This document shows, piece after piece, positions 8,833-18,487 of a DNA stretch of 60,567 nucleotides. Each line of letters starts with the position of its first letter. The first letter of the stretch is position 1. Location: assembly GCA_044865955.1 (NCBI GenBank), contig JBIOTM010000172.1:1-60567 (forward strand). Direction: 5' to 3'. This DNA comes from Actinomycetota bacterium (GTDB lineage Bacteria > Actinomycetota > UBA4738 > HRBIN12). The notes below the pieces were generated by a model that was not told the origin of the DNA, made no database searches, and saw nothing but the letters and a program-made list of their open reading frames with translations. Position numbers and translations under genes: made by a program.

Positions 8833-9261
8833 TCATCCCTCGTCGTCGACGCGCCGGAGGCGTTTGGTCCTGGCGCGTCGCTTCTTCGCGGCGATCCGGC
8901 GTTCGACGGCCGCGCGGGTCGGCCGGGTGGGTCGGCGCGTGCGAGGCGGAGGAGCGATCGCATCGGCGAGGACGCCCGCGAGCCGCTCGAGGGCGATCTC
9001 ACGGTTGCGGAGCTGTGACCGCTCCTCCGAGGCGGTGACCGTGAGGACCCCGTCGACGAGCCGGTCGGCCAGCCGTTCCAGCGCTCGGGCCCGTTGCACG
9101 GGCCCGAGCGCCGTCGTCGTCGTGAGATCGACGCTGAGCTGCACGCGGGAATCCGCGGTGTTGACCGAGCGACCGCCCGGCCCCGACGAGCGGCTGAACC
9201 GCCACCGCAGATCCTGCTCGGGTACCACCACGGAGCGCGTCACGCGGAGCGGCCCGACCAT
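8833..9261 (-). CDS. arfB: ArfB (YaeJ)-like ribosome-rescue / peptidyl-tRNA hydrolase-family protein with GGR in place of GGQ
   Basis: This is the C-terminal 142 aa of track ORF 8833..10338. It reads MVGPLRVTRSVVVPEQDLRWRFSRSSGPGGRSVNT.. and has the basic tail RRPTRPTRAAVERRIAAKKRRARTKR typical of ArfB. The ATG at 9261 lies 6 nt after the dipeptidase stop. The rest of the track ORF is an off-frame extension. Confidence 0.75.
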   Translation of the reverse strand: MVGPLRVTRSVVVPEQDLRWRFSRSSGPGGRSVNTADSRVQLSVDLTTTTALGPVQRARALERLADRLVDGVLTVTASEERSQLRNREIALERLAGVLADAIAPPPRTRRPTRPTRAAVERRIAAKKRRARTKRLRRVDDEG

Positions 9262-9266
9262 GAACG

Positions 9267-10409
9267 TCAGTATGGGCGCGGCGTGGCCACGCGCTCGGCT
9301 TCGCGCATCACGTGGAGCACGTTCCGACCGGCGATCTTCGCGAGGTCGTCGTCCGTGTAGCCGCGGTCGGCGAGCTCGGCGAACAGCGCTGGATACGTCG
9401 AGACGTCCCCGAGGCCCTCCGGCATCCCCATCGAGCCGTCGAAGTCCGAGCCCACGCCGATGTGATCGATGCCGGCGATCTCGCGGATGCGGTCCATGTG
9501 GTCGGCCACGTCGGCGACCGAGCAGTCCGGGACGGGATGCTCCTCGTCGTACCGCTCCATCGCGGCCCGCACCGTCTCGGGGTCGTCGGGGTGCTCGGCG
9601 CGGAGGCGGCGGGTCTCCTCCCACTCGGCCTCGTTCGCCTTCGCGCCCTCGGGGGTGAGGAACCAGGGCACGAACGTCGCCATGATCACTCCGCCGGCGC
9701 GGCCGACCAGCTCGATCACGTCGTCCGGCACGTTCCTCGGCACGTCGCAGAGCGCGCGGGCGTTCGAATGCGAGAAGATCACCGGCGCCCGCGAGACCTC
9801 GATCGCCTGGCGCATCACGTCGTCGGACGTGTGGGAGAGGTCGACGAGGACCCCGAGCCGATTGAGCTCGAGGACCACCTCTTCGCCGAACGTCGTCAGC
9901 CCACCGTGCCTGCGCTCCCCCGTCCCCGAGTCGGCCCACGGCGTGTCCTCGTTGTGCGTGAGCGTGAGGTAGCCGGAGCCGAGCTCCGCCAGGATCCGCA
10001 GCGCGCCGAGCGAGCCCCCGATCGACTGCCCACCCTCGACGCCGATCATCGAGGCGACCCTCCCCGCGGTCGCGATCCGTTGGACGTCGTCCGCCGTGCG
10101 CGCCAGCTCGAGCCGGTCCGGATGGTGCCGGACCAGCCTGTGCAGGCGATCGATCTGCTCGAGCGTCATCGTGACGGCGGCGTGCGGATCGATCAGGTCC
10201 GAGGGCACGTAGACCGACCAGAACTGCGCCCGGAGGCCGCCTTCCTCGAGGCGCGGCAGGTCGGTGTGGAACCGCGGGGTGGGCTCGCCGACGTCGGGTT
10301 CGACGCCCTCCTGCTCGTGCGCCGTGCGCAGCTCCCACAGCAGGTCGTTGTGACCGTCGACGAGCGGCGCGTCGCGGAGCAGCTCGACGATCCGGTCGGG
10401 CGACGCCAT
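9267..10409 (-). CDS. Membrane dipeptidase (peptidase family M19)
   Basis: VDGHNDLLWELR, FSHSNARALCDVPRN and IGVGSDFDG motifs of renal-dipeptidase-type metallopeptidases. Confidence 0.85.
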   Translation of the reverse strand: MASPDRIVELLRDAPLVDGHNDLLWELRTAHEQEGVEPDVGEPTPRFHTDLPRLEEGGLRAQFWSVYVPSDLIDPHAAVTMTLEQIDRLHRLVRHHPDRLELARTADDVQRIATAGRVASMIGVEGGQSIGGSLGALRILAELGSGYLTLTHNEDTPWADSGTGERRHGGLTTFGEEVVLELNRLGVLVDLSHTSDDVMRQAIEVSRAPVIFSHSNARALCDVPRNVPDDVIELVGRAGGVIMATFVPWFLTPEGAKANEAEWEETRRLRAEHPDDPETVRAAMERYDEEHPVPDCSVADVADHMDRIREIAGIDHIGVGSDFDGSMGMPEGLGDVSTYPALFAELADRGYTDDDLAKIAGRNVLHVMREAERVATPRPY

Positions 10410-10427
10410 CCGCCGGATGCTAGTCCA

Positions 10428-10445
10428 GGGGGGCGTGAGCCCCCC
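10428..10445 (-). terminator. GC hairpin downstream of the 10585..13653 gene (possible U-tract-less terminator)
   Basis: GGGGGGC-GTGA-GCCCCCC: perfect 7-bp stem with a 4-nt loop. No T-run follows on either strand. Confidence 0.3.
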
Positions 10446-10584
10446 CGTCCTTGGCGGCGCGCGAGGCCATACGGGGAGGAACTCCGCGCACCGGCGACGG
10501 AGACGTCAGGGTCAGCCGAACGGCGTCATCGGGTCATCCCGAGTATCCGACCGCGCCGCTCGGGGCGCAAGCCCGCGCGCCCGC

Positions 10585-13500
10585 TCACGTGGACGGGTGG
10601 CCCAACCCGGCGAGGCGCCTGTCCACGTCGGCGAGCGACGCAGCGTTCTCCTTGGCGACGTGAAGGGTCCGCGCCTGCTCGAGGAGGTCGACGGCCTGCT
10701 GGGAACGACCCATCGAAGAGGCTACGTCGGCAAGGTCGACGAGTGCCCGTGGAAGGATGTCGTACCGGTCGGATCCCCGACCCGCGGTCACGGCCCCTCT
10801 CGCCTCCTCCTCTGCCTCCTCGTACCGTCGCTCCCGCATGAGCGCGTGCACCTTCAGCGAGGCGAGCTGGGTACGTCCGACGAGGTCGTCCGCAGGGATC
10901 AACGGATCCATCCGTACGACGATGTCCATCGCCTCGTCGAACCGCCCGAGCGCGTCCAGCACGACCGCCAGCACCAGGTCCGTCGAGGCGAGGTATCCGC
11001 CACCACGCCGCTCCTCGAGCACCCGTCGGTCGTCTCGAAGGTCCGCCTCGGCGCGCGCGGGATCGCCTGCCAGCATCTCCACGACCCCGAGGGCTTGCGA
11101 GACCGTGGCGGTCTCGAGGACCATGCCGAGCTCTTCGTAGATGGCCCGCGACAGGGTCACGTTGGCACGTGCCTCCTCGATCCCCAGCGACATCGCCTGG
11201 AGCACGGCCAACGAGGTCCTCGCGCTCGCCTCGACGCGCGATCGATGGCGCGTGGAACGGATGATGCCTTCGCACGCCTCGCGGGCCCTCGCCACGGGCG
11301 TCGGTCCGTACGCCACGGGGATCGACAGCCAATCCAAGGCCCGGTCCTCGCGTGCCGCGCGGCCGAGCTCTCGCGCGAGCGTCGCGGCCTCCTGGAGCCG
11401 CTCGGCGGCAGCGGACATCTGGCCGATGGAGTACTTCAAGATCCCGATCGCCGTCGTCGCATCCACCACGGCGTCGAGGTCCCCCATCGGCCGGAGCCGC
11501 TCGAGGATCCCCTCGGACTCGGTGATCAACCTCGTTCCGGAGACGATGCCGGCGTGCAGGTCGACGAGGATCCCCGCGACCCGCGCCCGCAAGGCGAGGC
11601 CGGGATCGTCCGTGGTGCGCGCCTTCTCGATCGCGGACCCGGCGCTGGCGACCGCCTCACTCGCGAAGCCCGAGTCGAGTTGAGCGATCGCGAGGTCCGC
11701 CAACAGCCTGACCCCGACCCGTCCGTCCGATGTCAGGGCCAGCGCTCTCTTCAGCAAGGCCGCGGCCGCGGGAGCGTCGCCTCGATCCGACGCGCGGCGA
11801 CCGGCGACGGCGAGCGCGTCCCCCGCTCGGGCGGCGAGTGCGCCCGTCCGCTCGTCCTTCAGCTCGAGCTCGACCCGCAGGCGGTTGGCCTGCTCGAGGT
11901 GATACCCGACGATCTCTTCCGCGCCACCGAGTCCCGCCGCTCGCTCCTCGAGCCAGTCCCCGAGCCGCTCGTGCCACTCGGCTCGCCGACGTTTCAGCGT
12001 CCCTCGGTACACGGCGTCGCGGATCAGGATGTGGCGGAAGGCGAAGGCTCTCTCGCCGGGCAGGTCCGTCGCATGAGGCTCGAGGAACCCTCGAGACACG
12101 AGGTGCGCGATCGCCGGATCGACATCCTCGTCCGCGTCACCGAGCACCTCGACGGCTCGGCGGTAGAAGATCTTCCCCACGACCGCCGCACGTTCCGCGA
12201 CCGAGCGGACGGGGTCGGGGAGTCGATCGATCCGCGCGTCGAGGACGGCCGCCACCGACGGCGGCATGGTGATCGCCTGGGACGCACCTTCGCGCGTCGG
12301 ATGGCCGCCGTCCGCGCCCAGCGTTCCCTGCTCCCGGAGCATGGAGACGATCTGCTCGACGAAGAAGGGATTGCCTCCCGCCGCCTCGATCAGCCGATCC
12401 TTGAGCGGGCCGACGAGATCGGCGCCGACCAGCTCAGTGACCAGCCGCCCGGTTTCCTCGCTGTGGAGGGGCTTCAGCTCGATCAGGGTCGAGGAACCTC
12501 GCCACTCCGGACGCTCGTGTAGGAACTCGGGGCGCGCCGTGCACAGGACGGCGAGGCGCGCGGCCGCGCGCGAAAGGTGTTCGACGAGGTCCAGGAGCGT
12601 CGGCTCCGCCCAGTGCACGTCCTCGAGCAGCAACACGATGGGCCGGACCACCGCAAGCGCCTCCGCGAACGTGCGGAACGCACGCGACACCTCCTCCACC
12701 GGGAACGTCCCCGAGCCGCTGATCACCGACGCGAGACACGCGATGACCAGGTCGTCGAGAGCTCGAGGTGTCGCGTCCCGGAGTTTCCGCCGAACGCCTG
12801 CGTCGTCGTCGTCCTCGCCGATCCCTCCTGCCGATCGCAGCACCTGGATGATGGGCCAGTAGGTGATCCCGTCGCCGTACGGCAGGCACCGGCCTCGGAG
12901 GGCCGATCTCTCCCTCGATCGCAGCGCCTCTGCCGCCAGCCGGGACTTGCCGATGCCGGCCTCCCCGATGAGCGTGATCGATCGAGCGGACGTCTCCGTA
13001 TCCGCCCGAAGGAGCTCCCGCTCGATCGCGGTGAGCTCCTCCTCGCGGCCAACGAACGGCGCCTCGACCCTCTGGCCGGGAGAGCCCTCAGGATCGGTGA
13101 GTGCGAGGAGACGATGAGCGACGATGGGCGCCGCCTTGCCCTTGAGATCCAGTCCGGGCAGCCGTTCGAACGCTCCCGCGTGGATCGCGAGTCGGTAGGT
13201 CGCCTCTCCGACGAGGATCGTGTCCGGCTCGGCAGCCTGCTGCAGACGAGCGGCGACGTTCACGGCATCCCCCGTCACGAACCGCTGACCGGCCGATGGG
13301 TCCCCCGTGATCACCTCCCCGGTGTTCACGCCGGTCCGGGTCCGAAGCCGGACCCCGAAGTCGCGTTCGAGCTCCTCGTTGACCGCGATGAGCGCCGCCT
13401 GCATCGCACGAGCGGCCCGCACGCCGCGGACGGCATCGTCCTCGTGGAGGGTCGGGATACCGAAGACGGCCAACACCGCGTCTCCGATGAACTTCTCGAT

Positions 13501-13653
13501 GAGGCCTCCGTGACGCTCGACCGCCGTTCTCGCGGCATCGAAGTAGCGGTCGAGGGCATCACGGAGGGTTTCGGGATCGAGCCGTTCTCCGAGCTCCGTG
13601 GAACCGACGAGGTCCGAGAAGACCACCGTCACGGTCCGGCGACCCCCGGGCAT
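10585..13653 (-). CDS. Adenylate/guanylate cyclase domain - AAA/STAND ATPase - TPR-like repeat protein
   Basis: Cyclase domain VTVVFSDLVGSTELGE..IEKFIGDAVLAVFG..GDAVNVAARLQ. Then FVGREEEL..LIGEAGIGKSRL (Walker A), VLLLEDVHWAE (Walker B) and a long helical repeat C-terminus. 1022 aa. Confidence 0.9.
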   Translation of the reverse strand: MPGGRRTVTVVFSDLVGSTELGERLDPETLRDALDRYFDAARTAVERHGGLIEKFIGDAVLAVFGIPTLHEDDAVRGVRAARAMQAALIAVNEELERDFGVRLRTRTGVNTGEVITGDPSAGQRFVTGDAVNVAARLQQAAEPDTILVGEATYRLAIHAGAFERLPGLDLKGKAAPIVAHRLLALTDPEGSPGQRVEAPFVGREEELTAIERELLRADTETSARSITLIGEAGIGKSRLAAEALRSRERSALRGRCLPYGDGITYWPIIQVLRSAGGIGEDDDDAGVRRKLRDATPRALDDLVIACLASVISGSGTFPVEEVSRAFRTFAEALAVVRPIVLLLEDVHWAEPTLLDLVEHLSRAAARLAVLCTARPEFLHERPEWRGSSTLIELKPLHSEETGRLVTELVGADLVGPLKDRLIEAAGGNPFFVEQIVSMLREQGTLGADGGHPTREGASQAITMPPSVAAVLDARIDRLPDPVRSVAERAAVVGKIFYRRAVEVLGDADEDVDPAIAHLVSRGFLEPHATDLPGERAFAFRHILIRDAVYRGTLKRRRAEWHERLGDWLEERAAGLGGAEEIVGYHLEQANRLRVELELKDERTGALAARAGDALAVAGRRASDRGDAPAAAALLKRALALTSDGRVGVRLLADLAIAQLDSGFASEAVASAGSAIEKARTTDDPGLALRARVAGILVDLHAGIVSGTRLITESEGILERLRPMGDLDAVVDATTAIGILKYSIGQMSAAAERLQEAATLARELGRAAREDRALDWLSIPVAYGPTPVARAREACEGIIRSTRHRSRVEASARTSLAVLQAMSLGIEEARANVTLSRAIYEELGMVLETATVSQALGVVEMLAGDPARAEADLRDDRRVLEERRGGGYLASTDLVLAVVLDALGRFDEAMDIVVRMDPLIPADDLVGRTQLASLKVHALMRERRYEEAEEEARGAVTAGRGSDRYDILPRALVDLADVASSMGRSQQAVDLLEQARTLHVAKENAASLADVDRRLAGLGHPST

Positions 13654-13693
13654 GCCGCAAGCCTAGGGCGGGGTCCTCCTCCGCGCGAGAGGA

Positions 13694-14617
13694 GTGGATC
13701 GGAAGAGGATGACGACCGTGGCGCGCGAGCGTTCCCGCGAGGTCGAGGTCTCGAGGCCGGACAAGCTCCTGTGGCCCGACCTCGGGATCACGAAGCAGGC
13801 GTACCGGGACTACCTCGACGCCGTCGCCGACCTGATGCTCCCGTGGCTCCGCGACCGGCCACTCACGATGATCCGGGCGCCGGACGGCGTCGGGGGCGAG
13901 CGGTACTTCCAGAAGGCCGCGCCCACGTACGCGCCCGCGTGGATCCGGACCGTCCGCATCCCCGCGCCCAGCGCGAAGCGCGACGTCGACTACGCCCTGT
14001 GCCAGGACCGACCCACGCTGGCGTGGCTCGGGAACCAGGCCGTGCTCGAGTTCCATCCGGCGCCGGTGCGGGCCGACCGGCTCGACCGGCCCGACCTGCT
14101 GGTGGTGGACGTCGATCCGCCCGAGGGCGGGTTCGACGCCGCCGTCGAGGCGTCGCTCGTCGTGCTGGACGTGCTGGGCGAGCTCGGGGTCGCCTCGGGC
14201 GTCAAGACGACGGGCGGCAAGGGGCTCCACGTGGTGGTGCCGATCGAGCGGCGCGCCGACCAGGCCGAGCTCCGGCGAGCGGCCGCGCGCCTCACGGCGA
14301 TCGTGGCCGGCCGCCGGCCGGACCTCGTCACCGACGCGTTCCGGAAGGCGAAACGCCGAGGCCGGGTGATGTTGGATCCGTCGCGCAACGGGCTCGGCGC
14401 GACGATCGTGGCGCCCTACTCGCCGCGCGCGCGGCGCGACGGTGCCGTCTCCTTCCCCGTGGTGCCCGAGCAGCTCGATTCGATCTCACCGGGCGACTTC
14501 ACGCTGGCGACCGTCCCCGACCTGCTCGAGGGCCCGGGCCCTCGTCGGTGGGCGTCGCTCCCGCACGAGCGAGACCGGCTGCCTCGCGAGCTCACGCGCC
14601 CCGACGAGAGCGGCTGA
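13694..14617 (+). CDS. Stand-alone NHEJ DNA polymerase/primase domain (LigD PolDom)
   Basis: KLLWPDLGITK, MIRAPDGVGGERYFQK, LVVDVDPP, KTTGGKGLHVVVP, VMLDPSRNG..TIVAPYSPRAR. Start uncertain (GTG 13694 or ATG 13709). Confidence 0.85.
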   Translation: MDRKRMTTVARERSREVEVSRPDKLLWPDLGITKQAYRDYLDAVADLMLPWLRDRPLTMIRAPDGVGGERYFQKAAPTYAPAWIRTVRIPAPSAKRDVDYALCQDRPTLAWLGNQAVLEFHPAPVRADRLDRPDLLVVDVDPPEGGFDAAVEASLVVLDVLGELGVASGVKTTGGKGLHVVVPIERRADQAELRRAAARLTAIVAGRRPDLVTDAFRKAKRRGRVMLDPSRNGLGATIVAPYSPRARRDGAVSFPVVPEQLDSISPGDFTLATVPDLLEGPGPRRWASLPHERDRLPRELTRPDESG

Positions 14618-14751
14618 CGGCTCCCGCGCCGCCACCCCCGACATCCTGATTTGCGCGCTCGCCGAGGTCGTCGGTACGCTCGAACGTTCAGACGCCGTCG
14701 CGGCCCCCCCGGCGATCGATGCGTCGCCGGCGGCCGGGAAGGGGAAACGCC

Positions 14752-16158
14752 ATGACCTCGTCGCGCGCCGCCGATCGACGCACCGCCCGACGCTCGATCC
14801 TGCCGCTGGTCCTCCTAGCGACGCTCGTCGTCGCGTTCGTCCCGCGGACGGCGACGGCCGGCCCCGGGACGCTCGTCGCGAACGGCGCCACCAACATGGG
14901 GTTCTGCGGCGGCGACGACTGGGAGCCGGAGATCGCGGCGTCGGGCGCGCACGTCTACGTGGGGATCGCGCACTTCGAGGGCGACCCCTCGTGCGATCCC
15001 GCCTCGGCGGGCCCGCGCGAGATCTTCGTCCGGTCGTCGGACGACGGCGGGAAGACCTTCGGCCCGCTCGTCGCGCTCCCCCGCCTCGGCTACCCGAACG
15101 TCGTCGACGTCGTGGTGGCCGTGGACGACGTGACGGACGCCGTGTACGTGAGCTTCCTCGGGTACGGCAGCGGCGCGCCGACGGACGTCGTGGTGGCGAG
15201 GTCGACCGACTTCGGCGCCACCTGGACCTCCACGAAGATCAACGGGCCGCTCTGCACCGCGTGCGACCACCCCTGGATCGTGGCGCACGCCGGGAACGTC
15301 TACGTCACCTACGCGTCCGGGGAGGATCACTTCCTGTCCCGGTCCGCCGACGGAGGGGTCACGTGGTCGGAGAGCCTGATCCTGGAGGACACGCACGTGG
15401 CGTTCCCCGAGGGCGCGATCCTCGATGCGGCCGGGAACGCCTGGTTCGCCTGGGGCGACTGCTTCGGGAGCTGCACCGGCTCGACGGCGGCGATCTACCA
15501 GGTGTCGAAGACGACGGCCGGGACGTCGAACACGACCTTCGCCCGTGTCGCGGAGGGGTCCGCGGGACCCCACTGTCCGCCGTCCGTCTCGTGCGGCTTC
15601 GCCTACTGGGGCCCTCAGGACGACATCGCGATCGACGCCGCCGGCAACCTCTACCTCGTCTGGCAGGACAACCTGCCGGACAAACCGGGCCGCCCGCCGA
15701 TCGTGCAGCTCTCGAGCTGTTCCGCGACGAGCGACTGCACGGCCTCGGCCAACTGGCACTACGTGGGCCGGGTCGACGACAAGACGGCGTCCGGATGCCC
15801 CGACGCCGCGTGCTACGCGCTCTACCCGAGGGTCGAGGGCGGAGCCGCCGGAGAGATCGGCGTCATCTGGATGGACGACCGGCTCGGCTCGCCGCTCGAC
15901 CACAACAACGGGTGGAACGTGTGGTACCGGACGTCCACGAACGGCGGCGCGTCCTGGGGCGGGCCAAGCGTCCGCGTCTCGCAGTTCGACCGCGTTCGGT
16001 CCGAGTCGCACCGGAACGGCTTCGAGTTCCCCTACGGCGACTACCAGGGGATCGACCTGCTCGGGGACCGGGCGCTCATGGTGTGGGGGGAGGGCCACAA
16101 CTACACCGGCGGGCCCGCGAACCCGGGGCACGTGATCTATCGATCGATGCTCACCTGA
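14752..16158 (+). CDS. Secreted BNR/Asp-box repeat (sialidase-fold) protein
   Basis: Asp-boxes SSDDGGKTF, STDFGATW, SADGGVTW, STNGGASW. The N-terminus RRTARRSILPLVLLATLVVAF is signal-like. ATG 14752 follows GGGAAGGGGA (the track start is 14719). Confidence 0.75.
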   Translation: MTSSRAADRRTARRSILPLVLLATLVVAFVPRTATAGPGTLVANGATNMGFCGGDDWEPEIAASGAHVYVGIAHFEGDPSCDPASAGPREIFVRSSDDGGKTFGPLVALPRLGYPNVVDVVVAVDDVTDAVYVSFLGYGSGAPTDVVVARSTDFGATWTSTKINGPLCTACDHPWIVAHAGNVYVTYASGEDHFLSRSADGGVTWSESLILEDTHVAFPEGAILDAAGNAWFAWGDCFGSCTGSTAAIYQVSKTTAGTSNTTFARVAEGSAGPHCPPSVSCGFAYWGPQDDIAIDAAGNLYLVWQDNLPDKPGRPPIVQLSSCSATSDCTASANWHYVGRVDDKTASGCPDAACYALYPRVEGGAAGEIGVIWMDDRLGSPLDHNNGWNVWYRTSTNGGASWGGPSVRVSQFDRVRSESHRNGFEFPYGDYQGIDLLGDRALMVWGEGHNYTGGPANPGHVIYRSMLT

Positions 16159-16175
16159 GCGCAGAAGGAGGAACC

Positions 16176-17855
16176 ATGAGACGTCGTCTCTTCTCGTCAC
16201 TGCCGGCCCTCGCGCTGGTGCTCGCCGTCGGGCAGCCGCTGCAGGCCGCCGGGGGCGACGCGCTCGTGACGCGCGACGACAAGGCGACCAGCTACGTCCG
16301 GTACGACGGCGGCACGGATGCGACGATCCAGCGATGCAGCACCGGCCGGCGGCAGCAGAACGAGCCGACGGTGGCGGTCGATCCCCACGACATCGACGTC
16401 GTCGTGGCGGGTTCGAACGACTACTGCGCCGCGATCGTGAACGGCGAGGTCTGGGCCGGCTACTACCGCTCCGAGGACGGCGGAGAGCATTGGACGCACA
16501 GCCTGGTGCCCGGCTACCCGAACGACGGCTCGCCGGCGGGGATCGCCTCACCGGTCCACGGGACGTGCGCGGCCGCGGGCGATCCCAGCCAGGCCTTCGA
16601 CACCAGCGGGAACCTCTTCTACGCGTTCATCTGCTTCAACCGCTCCTCGCCGGTGAACGGGTCGGTCTACGTGGCCAAGTACACCGGCGACGGGGAGCGC
16701 TACGACCGGACGGTGCTCGTGAAGAGCGGCACGCCGTCGGGGCTGTTCCTGACGGGACTCTTCCAGGACAAGATCAACCTGACCGTCGACCAGACCGAGG
16801 GCGCGCACGCCGGCAACGTGTACGTGGCGTGGTCCCAGTACGACGGCTTCGCGCCGACGAACGCGGTGCTGTTCTCACGATCGATCGACGGCGGGCTCAC
16901 GTACTCGAGGCCGGTCAAGGTCACCCCCAAGGAGCGGGGAACCGCCTCGTTCGCCGACCTGGCGGTCGGTCCCGACGGCGCCGTCTGGCTCACGTACCTC
17001 ACCTACGAGTCCCCGAGCCGCCCCTCGGCCGACATCTGGCTGCAGGGATCGACGGACGGCGGCCTGTCCTTCGGCGCGCCGATGCACGTCGCCTCGATCA
17101 CGCGGTTCGACTCCGATCAGTTCACCGGAGGGACCGGCGGCGCCGACTGCGGTGACGGCCCGTTCGCCTGCCCGAGCGGCTTCACCTTCTCCCGGTTCTT
17201 CAGCAACTCCGCGGTGGCGGCGGACGGGAACGGCGTCCACGTCGTGTGGGCGTCGGAGCGCCCGAGCGGACAGTCGAAGGTGTTCGTCCGGACCCTCGAC
17301 GGCAGCACCTGGAGCGACGCCGAGACCCTCGATGCCGTCGCGACGGGTCACCAGTGGTTCCCGGACGTGGCGTCCGCCGATGGGAAGCTCACCGTGGTCT
17401 TCTACGACTCCAGGGAGGACGAGGACTACGACCCCGACCTCCCACCGGGGAACGACGCGGACGGCGTCAACTCCGGGAGCCACATCCACGCGTGGATCGC
17501 CGTGTCGGAGGACGGCGGCGCGAGCTGGGACGAGTCGCAGGAGAGCACGCGCGGCAGCAACTTCGGCTGGGAGACCCACGGGTCGCGCCGGGTCGGCTTC
17601 TGGGGCGACTACCTCTACGTCTCCGCCGTGCACGGCGCCGTGAACGTCGTGTGGACCGACTCCCGCGACCTGCGGTCCGGCGACGATCCCCGGGAGACCG
17701 GGGAGGACGACGATGCGGACCGCTTCGACGTCTACCAGCCGTGCACCTACGTGCCCAACGACATCGACGCGCCGTCGTACACCTCACCGACGATCGGGGA
17801 TACGTGCCTCGATCAGGGAGGCCTCGACCAGAACATCTACGGCGCGCGCGTGTAG
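16176..17855 (+). CDS. Secreted BNR/Asp-box repeat (sialidase-fold) protein, paralog of the preceding gene
   Basis: This is the C-terminal 559 aa of track ORF 14442..17855. ATG 16176 follows AAGGAGG. Signal peptide MRRRLFSSLPALALVLAVGQPLQAA. Asp-boxes SEDGGEHW, SIDGGLTY, STDGGLSF, SEDGGASW. Confidence 0.75.
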   Translation: MRRRLFSSLPALALVLAVGQPLQAAGGDALVTRDDKATSYVRYDGGTDATIQRCSTGRRQQNEPTVAVDPHDIDVVVAGSNDYCAAIVNGEVWAGYYRSEDGGEHWTHSLVPGYPNDGSPAGIASPVHGTCAAAGDPSQAFDTSGNLFYAFICFNRSSPVNGSVYVAKYTGDGERYDRTVLVKSGTPSGLFLTGLFQDKINLTVDQTEGAHAGNVYVAWSQYDGFAPTNAVLFSRSIDGGLTYSRPVKVTPKERGTASFADLAVGPDGAVWLTYLTYESPSRPSADIWLQGSTDGGLSFGAPMHVASITRFDSDQFTGGTGGADCGDGPFACPSGFTFSRFFSNSAVAADGNGVHVVWASERPSGQSKVFVRTLDGSTWSDAETLDAVATGHQWFPDVASADGKLTVVFYDSREDEDYDPDLPPGNDADGVNSGSHIHAWIAVSEDGGASWDESQESTRGSNFGWETHGSRRVGFWGDYLYVSAVHGAVNVVWTDSRDLRSGDDPRETGEDDDADRFDVYQPCTYVPNDIDAPSYTSPTIGDTCLDQGGLDQNIYGARV

Positions 17856-17868
17856 CGAGGGGCGGGCC

Positions 17869-17888
17869 GGGCCCGGTCTCCCGGGCCC
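17869..17888. terminator. GC-rich hairpin between convergent genes (candidate bidirectional terminator)
   Basis: GGGCCCGG-TCTC-CCGGGCCC: perfect 8-bp stem. It lies between the stops at 17855 (+) and 17904 (-). Confidence 0.45.
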
Positions 17889-17903
17889 CGCCGGTCCGCG
17901 TAC

Positions 17904-18335
17904 CTACATCTGGGGCATGAAGCCCAGCTGCATCATCAGCCCGGCGATGTCGGGGTAGGAGTTGAACTCGACGACCTTGCCGTCCCGGACCCGCACGAAG
18001 TAGGCGCCCTTGCCGGTGACGCTCTTGCCGGTCGGCGGGACCTCGTTGCCGGCCATCGACATCGGACCGGTGTTCGTCCCCGTGAACTGCACCTCGGCGG
18101 CGACGGCGTCGTCGGTCACGATCCGGTTCAGCTGCTTGATGCTCATGTCGGGGAACGCCGTGAACCAGCCCTGCGCGTACCGACGGGCGTCTTCCTTCGT
18201 CGTCAGCGGCGCCGGCAACGAGGGGTCGTTCAGCTCGAACCGCTCGGCGAACAGGTCAGCGAAGGTATCCGGGTCATGCGCCTCCCACGCTCCCATCCCG
18301 ACGTCGTCCAGACGCTCGTTCTCTTCCCTGGACAT
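17904..18335 (-). CDS. SnoaL-like / ester-cyclase (NTF2-fold) protein
   Basis: 143 aa. The pattern ..ARRYAQGWFTAFPDMSIKQLNRIVTDDAVAAEVQFTGTNTGPM..TGKSV..GAYFVRVRDGKVVEFNSY is typical of SnoaL-like cyclases. Confidence 0.6.
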   Translation of the reverse strand: MSREENERLDDVGMGAWEAHDPDTFADLFAERFELNDPSLPAPLTTKEDARRYAQGWFTAFPDMSIKQLNRIVTDDAVAAEVQFTGTNTGPMSMAGNEVPPTGKSVTGKGAYFVRVRDGKVVEFNSYPDIAGLMMQLGFMPQM

Positions 18336-18487
18336 GGTGCCTCCCTTCCGATCGGGCGATCACCCGCGACGCTACTCCGACGTCCCCGTCCCGTCAGATC
18401 GCCCTCCCCGTACGCCGCGGCGGGGGCCCCCAGGCCCGGCCCGTCGGGCCGGGTATGGTGCCTGCCGATCGGACGAGGAGGCCCGGG

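Noticed and set aside
9262-10338. Upstream 359 aa of track ORF 8833..10338
   Set aside because: It overlaps the M19 dipeptidase gene out of frame and is R/G/P/A-rich. The ArfB-like domain starts at the ATG at 9261.
10417-14649. Track ORFs 10417..12522(+) and 12577..14649(+)
   Set aside because: They are antisense shadows of the 10585..13653 gene and an out-of-frame overlap of the LigD-Pol gene. No motifs are present.
14442-16175. N-terminal 578 aa of track ORF 14442..17855
   Set aside because: It overlaps the LigD-Pol end and the whole first BNR gene in another frame and is Arg/Gly/Pro-rich. Real coding starts at ATG 16176, which has an AAGGAGG SD and a signal peptide.
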